Part shown: positions 25,620-32,000 of the stretch, piece by piece
Layout: every line of letters begins with the position of its first letter
Position numbering within the stretch: the stretch's first letter is position 1
Assembly: GCF_000153205.1 (NCBI RefSeq)
Contig: NZ_CH672427.1
Location: forward strand, 2,396,342-2,428,341
DNA length: 32,000 nt
Origin: Nitrococcus mobilis Nb-231
GTDB taxonomy: Bacteria > Pseudomonadota > Gammaproteobacteria > Nitrococcales > Nitrococcaceae
Direction: 5' to 3'
Notes under the pieces: generated by a model
The model's input: the letters and a program-made list of their open reading frames with translations, nothing else
Database searches by the model: none
What the model was told of the DNA's origin: nothing
Translations under genes and position numbers: made by a program

Positions 25620-26132
25620 TCAGGCAGCGGCCGCCAGAGCTGTTGGCTGCAGCGCTTCGACCAGTTCCAGCAGCAGCGCTTTCTCGGGTGGCGAGAAGCG
25701 TTCATGTGCATCATAGGGATAGCGGGGTACCGTGGCGGCTCCGATATCGAGGCAGTACTCTAGGATCATCCGGCGCCGTTTATTATTCACCTCGGGATCC
25801 GAGTGATCGAAAATCACGGGCATGGCCAATTGCCGAAGCTCGCGCAGCATCGTGGGACTCGGCTGCTTGTTGAGGAAGCGCTCGACGAAGGCGTTGACTT
25901 GCCCGGCGGTAAGCACACTCAGACCATGTGCTTCGTAGTCCAGCTCAGCGAGCCGCCGTAAGGCGAACTCGTAGACGAGGGCCGCCTCGGGGGGTTTGCT
26001 TCGGCCGTCAGCCCATACCATCTCAATGAGCGGAATCAGCTCGAGGAGGTAGATCTCATGGCCTTGAATGCCGTACTGAGTTTCCAGCACCGTCAGAGCA
26101 TCTTCACGCGTGATGCGCACTACGTTTTGCAT
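25620..26132 (-). CDS. hypothetical protein, possibly TerB-like fold
   Basis: A clean 170-aa ORF lying 91 nt downstream of tex on the same strand. The segment LLELIPLIEMVWADGRSKPPEAALVYEF resembles the xxADG helix motif of TerB-family domains. The assignment is tentative. Confidence 0.55.
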   Translation of the reverse strand: MQNVVRITREDALTVLETQYGIQGHEIYLLELIPLIEMVWADGRSKPPEAALVYEFALRRLAELDYEAHGLSVLTAGQVNAFVERFLNKQPSPTMLRELRQLAMPVIFDHSDPEVNNKRRRMILEYCLDIGAATVPRYPYDAHERFSPPEKALLLELVEALQPTALAAAA

Positions 26133-26223
26133 TCGTATTCTCTTCGTATCCTGGCCCAGCGTGGCTCATATCGGCAGTATGGCAGCAACTCGTCTCGGCG
26201 CATAACCGATCGTCTGCTATTTG

Positions 26224-28503
26224 CTACCGTTGATGCTTTTTGAACGCGGCGGTTAGGGCCGGCGCTGGGCCGTGCTCCCTAGCGCTGGCGTTGTCTTTCC
26301 GTTGGTCGCGCGACGGCCGTTGCCCATCACCGGCTAGGCGCATGGAAAGCCCGATGCGGCTGCGTTCGAGATCGACGCTCACCACCCGCACCTTCACCAC
26401 ATCGCCCGTCCTAGCCACTTCGCGCGGATCGCGCACGAAATGCTCGGCCATGGCCGAGATGTGGACTAGCCCATCTTGATGAACACCGATGTCCACGAAG
26501 GCACCGAAGCTGGTGACATTGGTTACGACGCCCTCGAGAATCATACCGGCGGCGAGATCCCCCAGTTGCTCCACGCCATCCCGAAACTGGGCGGTGCGAA
26601 ATTCCGGGCGCGGATCTCGCCCCGGTTTCTCCAGCTCACGCAGGATATCGGTTACGGTGGGAATGCCAAAGTGTGCATCGGTGAAATGGGCGGGTTTGAC
26701 AGTGCGCAGTAGTTCGGCATTACCGATCAACGATTGAATGGGACAAGCTAGAGTCTTGGCGATACGCTCGACCAACGGGTAGGCCTCGGGATGCACGGCG
26801 GAGGCATCCAAAGGTTGCTCGCCATTGCGAATCCGCAAGAAGCCGGCAGCCTGCTCGAAGGCCTTGGCACCGAAGCGCGGTACGGCTTTGAGTTCTTCTC
26901 GGCAGCGGAAGCTCGTATGACTCTCACGGTAGGCGACCAGTCGCTCGGCCAATGCCGACGAGAGCCCGGCCACGTGCGCCAGAAGCGCGGCTGAAGCTGT
27001 GTTCAGCTCGACGCCCACGGCATTGACGCAGTCTTCGACCACGTCTCGTAGAGTGTTTGCGAGCTCTGTTTGATCAACGTCGTGTTGGTATTGGCCGACG
27101 CCAATCGAGCGGGGTTCGATCTTGACCAATTCGGCAAGCGGATCCTGTACTCGGCGAGCGATGGAAACCGCACCGCGCAGGGAAACGTCCAGCTTCGGCA
27201 GCTCGTCGGCGGCTCGTTGCGAGGCAGAGTACACCGAAGCCCCCGCTTCGGAGACCATGATGTCCGTCAAACCGAGCTGCGGATGCGCACGGCGCAAATC
27301 GCCGACCAGCTTCTGAGTCTCGCGCGAGGCAGTTCCATTGCCAATGGCGATCAGTGTGACCTGATGCGTTTGTGCGAGCGCGGCCAGAGCGGTAATCGTT
27401 TCAGCCCAGTGGTGCCTTGGTGCATGCGGATAGACCGTGGTCGTGGCCAATAGCTTGCCAGTCGAGTCCACGATGGCGACTTTGCAGCCCGTACGCAGGC
27501 CGGGGTCGATGCCTAGCACCACGTGCGGCCCGGCTGGCGCAGCGAGCAGCAAATCGCGCAGATTGCGGCCGAACACTTGGATGGCCTCTGCATCCGCCGC
27601 CGTTTTGAGACGGCCGAACAGATCGGTCTCCAAGCGGGTGAGCAGCTTCACCCGCCAAGTAAATCGCACCACTTCGGCGAGCCAACGATCACCGGACCGT
27701 GTGCCCTCGCGCAGGCCAAGGTGGGCGCTGATCATGCGTTCCCCGACGCTGGATGTACCGCGCGGCTCATCCAGCTCATCCGGCATGACCAGGCGAAGGC
27801 GTAGCACGCGTTCGCGCCGGCCTCGAAACAGCGCCAGCACTCGATGAGACGGGATTTTGCGGATGGCCTCGCGATAATGCGCGTAATCGGAGAACTTGGC
27901 CTCGTTTTGTCCCGCCTGCTCGCTGCCTTCGGCGATCAGCAGGCCATGCCGCCAAGCGTGTTCGCGCAGACGATCCAACAGCTCCGCGTCCTCGACGAAG
28001 CGCTCGGCGAGGATAAACCGTGCGCCTTCCAAAGCGCTTGCCGGAGCATTGATGCCTTGCGCCGGGTTGAGGTAATGCGCCGCCAGCGTTTGCGGATCCT
28101 GCGACGGGTCAGTCAACAGGGCTTGTGCGAGTGGCGCCAAGCCCGCCTCGCGCGCGATTTCACCTTTGGTACGGCGTTTCTTTTTGAATGGCAGGTAGAG
28201 ATCTTCCAGGCGGGTTTTGGTGTCTGCCTGTCGGATCGAGCGAGCGAGCTCCGCCGTGAGCTTGCCCTGTTCTGCGATGGCCTTGAGAATTACATTGCGG
28301 CGCTCTTCCATGCCGCGCTGATAGCTTAGCCGTTTTTCCAGCGCACGCAGCAGGTTGTCATCGAGCCCACCGGTCGCCTCTTTGCGATAGCGGGCGATGA
28401 AGGGCACGGTTGCACCTTCATCGAGCAGATCAATCGCCGCCGCCACTTGCTTGGAGCTTACCTGCAGTTCCTCAGCGATACACTGCGCGATGTTTTGCGC
28501 CAT
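26224..28503 (-). CDS. tex: transcription accessory protein Tex (YhgF)
   Basis: The typical start MAQNIAQCIAEELQVSSKQVAAAIDLLDEGATVPFIARYRKEATGGLDD begins at ATG 28503. It has a YqgF/RuvC-like middle, an HhH region, and a C-terminal S1 domain (GMILEGVVTNVTSFGAFVDIGVHQDGLVHIS). Confidence 0.93.
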   Translation of the reverse strand: MAQNIAQCIAEELQVSSKQVAAAIDLLDEGATVPFIARYRKEATGGLDDNLLRALEKRLSYQRGMEERRNVILKAIAEQGKLTAELARSIRQADTKTRLEDLYLPFKKKRRTKGEIAREAGLAPLAQALLTDPSQDPQTLAAHYLNPAQGINAPASALEGARFILAERFVEDAELLDRLREHAWRHGLLIAEGSEQAGQNEAKFSDYAHYREAIRKIPSHRVLALFRGRRERVLRLRLVMPDELDEPRGTSSVGERMISAHLGLREGTRSGDRWLAEVVRFTWRVKLLTRLETDLFGRLKTAADAEAIQVFGRNLRDLLLAAPAGPHVVLGIDPGLRTGCKVAIVDSTGKLLATTTVYPHAPRHHWAETITALAALAQTHQVTLIAIGNGTASRETQKLVGDLRRAHPQLGLTDIMVSEAGASVYSASQRAADELPKLDVSLRGAVSIARRVQDPLAELVKIEPRSIGVGQYQHDVDQTELANTLRDVVEDCVNAVGVELNTASAALLAHVAGLSSALAERLVAYRESHTSFRCREELKAVPRFGAKAFEQAAGFLRIRNGEQPLDASAVHPEAYPLVERIAKTLACPIQSLIGNAELLRTVKPAHFTDAHFGIPTVTDILRELEKPGRDPRPEFRTAQFRDGVEQLGDLAAGMILEGVVTNVTSFGAFVDIGVHQDGLVHISAMAEHFVRDPREVARTGDVVKVRVVSVDLERSRIGLSMRLAGDGQRPSRDQRKDNASAREHGPAPALTAAFKKHQR

Positions 28504-28618
28504 GGGTCGATCCGTCCGAATTAATAGCGGATTACCGTTCAACAGGCCCTGGTACGATAACAGCGGCTTTCAGCCGTGCAACCCCTTGCGGCAAAGCTTC
28601 CCCAAGGGTGGGATGGGC

Positions 28619-29755
28619 TCAGTATTCCGAGTCCTGCTGTTCGCCGCCTACCCGCGGTTCACCATAGAGGCTGCTGCGCAGGTAACGATCATGGGCATGC
28701 CGCAGCAGCACCATGATGATCGCGGCGATCGGCAGTGCCAGTAAAATCCCGCTGAAGCCGAACAGCTGCCCGCCAGCGAGCACGGCGAAGATAACCGCCA
28801 CGGGATGCAGGCCGATGCGATCCCCGACCAGTAACGGTGTCAGCAGCAGGCTCTCGAGTAGCTGACCGACCAAGAACACGCCACAAACCAAGCCGAGCGG
28901 CATCAGCCAGTCGCTGAACTGAAACACCGTAGCCAATGCCGCCGAGCCGATCCCGACGATAAAGCCGAGATAGGGCACGATGCTGGCGATACCCGCCAGC
29001 ATCCCCACGAGCAATGCCAGATCGAGCCCGAGCAGCCATAAACCGAATGCGTAAATCACACCCAGCGCGAGCATGACCAAGAGCTGGCCGCGCAGGAACG
29101 CCGCCACAACCTCATTGCACTCGCCCGCCAGCGTGCTGATGATCGGCTCCATCCGGCGCGGTAAGAGGTCGCGAATACGCGCGATCAGTACATCCCAGTC
29201 TCGCAGTAAATAAAAGGTTACTACGGGGATGAGGGCCAGGTTGGCCAGCAACCCGGCCAGAGCCAGGCCGGAGCTCGTCGCCTGGGCGACTACGCTGGCC
29301 GCAAAGCTGCTAGTGGATTGCCAGTGCTCGGCGATCGCCCCACGTAGGGTTGCCAGATCCAGCGACTCGATGCCGACCCCAGCGTGGGTGCGCAACCAGG
29401 GCAGTCCTACCTGATGCACCCAATCCACCACTTGAGGCAGCAGCGAGCGTAGCGAGTCGAGCTGACTGCCGAGCATGGGCAGGAGCAGCAATAGCGCGCC
29501 GACGCCGACCAAGCTCAGTCCAGTGAATACGACAATGACCGCGAATGTGCGATTCAACCGCAATCGCTCCAGACGGTCGGCCAAGGGGTCGGCGAGATAA
29601 GCCAATAAGGCACCGGTGAGAAAGGGCATCAGAATGGGGCGCAACAAATAGATCAACACACCGCCCAAAGCCAGAGCGAGCAGGAGCGGCCAAGCCCGGC
29701 GGTCGGGCAGGCGTGGCTTCAGCTCCGGTCCCGGGCCGGGGTCGAGGGTTGTCAT
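28619..29755 (-). CDS. AI-2E family transporter (PerM/YhhT-like permease)
   Basis: ~378 aa polytopic membrane protein with family-typical segments: FLTGALLAYLADPL, LLGLDLALLVGMLAGIASIVPYLGFIVG and GGQLFGFSGILLALPIAAI. The ATG is at 29755; the track start at 29761 is a TTG. Confidence 0.87.
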   Translation of the reverse strand: MTTLDPGPGPELKPRLPDRRAWPLLLALALGGVLIYLLRPILMPFLTGALLAYLADPLADRLERLRLNRTFAVIVVFTGLSLVGVGALLLLLPMLGSQLDSLRSLLPQVVDWVHQVGLPWLRTHAGVGIESLDLATLRGAIAEHWQSTSSFAASVVAQATSSGLALAGLLANLALIPVVTFYLLRDWDVLIARIRDLLPRRMEPIISTLAGECNEVVAAFLRGQLLVMLALGVIYAFGLWLLGLDLALLVGMLAGIASIVPYLGFIVGIGSAALATVFQFSDWLMPLGLVCGVFLVGQLLESLLLTPLLVGDRIGLHPVAVIFAVLAGGQLFGFSGILLALPIAAIIMVLLRHAHDRYLRSSLYGEPRVGGEQQDSEY

Positions 29756-30094
29756 GGCCAAGCTCTACGGCGGCAATGGACAAGCCCGACTTCGCCTCGA
29801 GTGGGACTGGCCGAACAATAACGGCTGTCTCTGGCGCAGCGTGTGATCATGGACGGTATCCACATGATGCAGCGGTTCTCCCCCAGATCCTTTAGCGGTT
29901 AGGCTAGTGGTGGATGAAGATCTTGAGGAGTCGTATTTTTTGTTAATCTGGCATGCGGGAACAGGACTATAACAGATGGGTGGCGGCATGACCGCATCCA
30001 AGGGTTTCTGCAGGAGGGGCGGGTTTGAAATCTACTGCTATAGGGGTCGGTGGAGGTGGTGCGCCGAGTGTACCGCCCTATCAGGAGGCCCGCA

Positions 30095-31243
30095 GTGCGT
30101 AATCCGTATCGTGTCCTGATCTGGATGAGCCTGTTTCTACTTGCCGTGGCCATCGTTTGTGCCATGCTGGCGGTCCCGCTGCGCAGCGCCTTTATGGCGA
30201 ATCCGATCTTCAACGGCATGATCCTAGCCGTGTTGGGCATCGGGCTTGTCATCAATTACCGCCAGGTACTGGTGCTGGCCCCCGAAGTGCGCTGGATCGA
30301 AGCCTTTCGCCGCGCCGAAGGCGAGATGCCGTTACCGAGCAGTCGACTGCTTGGTTCGATGGCCCGCATGCTGACGGGTCGCTATGGGGATCGCTTCAGC
30401 CTCTCGGCGCTGTCCTTACGCGCTTTGCTAGATGGAATCCGCTCCCGGCTGGATGAGGCCCGCGACTTATCTCGTTATATTGTCGGACTGCTGGTTTTTC
30501 TGGGATTGCTCGGGACGTTTTGGGGTCTGCTCGAGACCTTGCGGGCCGTGGCGGGTGTCATCGGCGAGTTGGACGTGCAAGGTCAAGGCGCGGCGGCCAT
30601 GTTCAGCGAGCTCAAGTTGGGGTTGCAGCGGCCGCTCTCCGGTATGGGCACTGCCTTCAGCTCCTCGCTGTTCGGCTTGGCGGGCGCGTTGGTGTTGGGT
30701 TTTATCGATCTGCAGGCGGGACACGCCCAAAACCGTTTTTACAACGATCTTGAAGAATGGCTCTCCGGCCAGACCCGATTATCCTCGGGGGCCTTCACTG
30801 GAGAAGGTGAGGGCTCCGTGCCCGCCTATATCCATGCCTTGCTGGAGCAGACCGCGGACAGCTTGAATAAGCTGCAGCGTGTGATGACGCGCAGTGAGCA
30901 TGAGCGGCGAGCCGCTGATCAAAAGCTACTGAGTCTCGCCGAGCAGATCGCGAACCTCTCCGAACAGGCACGCAGCGAGCAGAAGGGCCTGATCGGCTTG
31001 ACTCGGATGCAGGCCGAGTTGCAAGGCCTATTGGACCGGATTGCCGATGGACTCGCGGGTAACGAAGAGCACGCCCAAGAGGCAAGTGCGCTCCTGCGTC
31101 ATATCGCGCACGGCATCACGAACTTGCGTCAGGAACTTACCGTGGATCGAGAACGCCTGAACAACGAGCTGCGCGAAGAGGTACGCTTGCTGACACGCAC
31201 GGTGGCCCATTTGGGCAGTACGGATCGGCCCCCGAGCCAGTGA
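30095..31243 (+). CDS. MotA/TolQ/ExbB proton-channel family protein with a ~175-aa C-terminal coiled-coil-like tail
   Basis: GTG 30095 is preceded by AGGAGG (30083-30088) at 6-nt spacing; the track start at 30050 is an extension. There are four hydrophobic helices. The TM3/TM4 core LLVFLGLLGTFWGLLETL...MGTAFSSSLFGLAGALVLGFID resembles the MotA_ExbB channel signature. After TM4 comes a Q/L/E/R-rich helical tail (30710-31243). Confidence 0.7.
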   Translation: MRNPYRVLIWMSLFLLAVAIVCAMLAVPLRSAFMANPIFNGMILAVLGIGLVINYRQVLVLAPEVRWIEAFRRAEGEMPLPSSRLLGSMARMLTGRYGDRFSLSALSLRALLDGIRSRLDEARDLSRYIVGLLVFLGLLGTFWGLLETLRAVAGVIGELDVQGQGAAAMFSELKLGLQRPLSGMGTAFSSSLFGLAGALVLGFIDLQAGHAQNRFYNDLEEWLSGQTRLSSGAFTGEGEGSVPAYIHALLEQTADSLNKLQRVMTRSEHERRAADQKLLSLAEQIANLSEQARSEQKGLIGLTRMQAELQGLLDRIADGLAGNEEHAQEASALLRHIAHGITNLRQELTVDRERLNNELREEVRLLTRTVAHLGSTDRPPSQ

Positions 31244-31253
31244 CGCAGAGGCC

Positions 31254-32000
31254 ATGTTCGAAGCGCAGCGCCGCGGCCGTTACAGTCTCAATATTTGGCC
31301 GGGTTTCGTCGACTCTTTGGCCACGATTCTGCTGGTGTTTGTCTTTGTCTTACTGCTGTTCGTGGTCGGGCAATCCTATCTGAGCCAGGTGTTGACGGGG
31401 CAGAGTCAGGCATTGGAGCAGCTACACGCTCAGGTGGACCAGCTTGCCCAGACGCTGTCGCTCGAACGGGAGCACAAGGCCCAGGTCGAGGCGAAGCTAT
31501 CACGCGTCTACCAACAGCTGCATGCCACGCTCGCGGAGCGGGCTCAACTGCGTAGCGATTTGCAGCTGAGCCAGATCAAAGTCCACCAACTTCAGGCTGA
31601 TATAGCCCAAGCCAATGAGCGAGTGAATGTCTCGCAGCGCCAGCTCAAGCTGCGGCTCAGCGAGATTGCCTCGTTGCAGGCGGACATAGACACGCTACGT
31701 AAGGTGCGTGAGACGCTCGAGGCAAAGGTTGGCGAGTTGGTTTCGCATCTTGAACACTCAAGGGGACAGCTTAGTGCGGCTCGGGATCGTACTAAGGCGC
31801 TTGAGGCGCTGCTTGCCGAGGCGCAGGAGCGCACCCAGCTGGCCCAGAAGACGCTCCAGCATAGGGATATCCGCATTCAGGATCTGGTGGCTCAAATAGA
31901 GGAGCGGCAAGAGGCACTCGCGCACCAACATCGGCTAAGCGCCGCGGCCGATGCCAAACTCGGCGCATTGCGCCGGCAGCTACAGGCCTTGCAAGAGCAG
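31254..32000 (+). CDS. MotB/ExbD/TolR-like membrane anchor fused to a long coiled-coil region (3' end runs off the right window edge)
   Basis: Absent from the ORF track because it has no stop in the window. Manual translation from ATG 31254, which is the first start after an in-frame TGA at 31191 and lies 10 nt after the upstream stop, gives 249 open codons. The start reads MFEAQRRGRYSLNIWPGFVDSLATILLVFVFVLLLF; compare MotB W..AYADFMTAMMAFF with its channel Asp. Beyond it are ~200 aa of heptad-like sequence (QLHAQVDQLAQTLSLEREHKAQVEAKL...LRRQLQALQEQ). No C-terminal domain is visible. Confidence 0.6.
   Translation, partial: MFEAQRRGRYSLNIWPGFVDSLATILLVFVFVLLLFVVGQSYLSQVLTGQSQALEQLHAQVDQLAQTLSLEREHKAQVEAKLSRVYQQLHATLAERAQLRSDLQLSQIKVHQLQADIAQANERVNVSQRQLKLRLSEIASLQADIDTLRKVRETLEAKVGELVSHLEHSRGQLSAARDRTKALEALLAEAQERTQLAQKTLQHRDIRIQDLVAQIEERQEALAHQHRLSAAADAKLGALRRQLQALQEQ

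Noticed and set aside
30095-32000. The idea that the MotA/MotB-like pair is a Zorya (ZorAB) anti-phage system.
   Set aside because: As far as I recall, ZorA tails are several hundred residues long and ZorB lacks a long coiled coil. Here the tail is ~175 aa and it is the MotB-like partner that carries the long coiled coil. No ZorC/D/E-like genes are visible because the window ends. I keep it as an uncharacterised stator-like pair, not as Zorya.
1-32000. A scan for tRNA, rRNA, CRISPR arrays, IS elements or transposases, integrases, toxin-antitoxin pairs and prophage genes.
   Set aside because: None was recognised. All gaps between the called genes are under 350 bp except 15117-15800, and none shows cloverleaf-like, repeat-spacer or inverted-terminal-repeat structure by eye. 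Covariance-model and HMM tools were not available.

Overview
This GC-rich window reads as proteobacterial core chromosome; the gene order looks gammaproteobacterial, but the organism cannot be determined from the sequence alone. I support 27 protein-coding genes. I found no tRNA, rRNA, CRISPR array, IS element, integrase or phage genes. From left to right the window holds: (1) a minus-strand chain def-fmt-rsmB-DUF4390-NtrY-like sensor kinase, with the kinase running off the left edge; (2) LysM protein-dprA-smg-topA-tsaC-hemF; (3) a PilZ protein, then djlA facing a two-gene minus-strand unit made of a membrane J-domain protein and a secreted DUF4140/DUF4139 protein; (4) a hopanoid locus with MEP-pathway genes embedded in it (sqs-shc-hpnG, then dxs on the opposite strand, then ispH-hpnH-hpnB); (5) a TerB-like small protein, tex and an AI-2E transporter; (6) at the right edge, a non-flagellar MotA/ExbB-like plus MotB-like pair in which both proteins carry long coiled-coil-like extensions, the second gene being cut by the window end. 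The two edge-truncated genes are absent from the supplied ORF track, and I recovered them by manual translation. Most of the window is ordinary housekeeping sequence, and I do not see a clear new defence or mobile system. The best candidate for an uncharacterised system is the coiled-coil stator-like pair at 30.1-32.0 kb. Secondary curiosities are the J-domain/DUF4139 unit, a ~0.7 kb repeat-bearing non-coding gap upstream of sqs, and a sharply AT-rich core between hpnG and dxs. All family assignments rest on motif recognition by eye; no searches were run.
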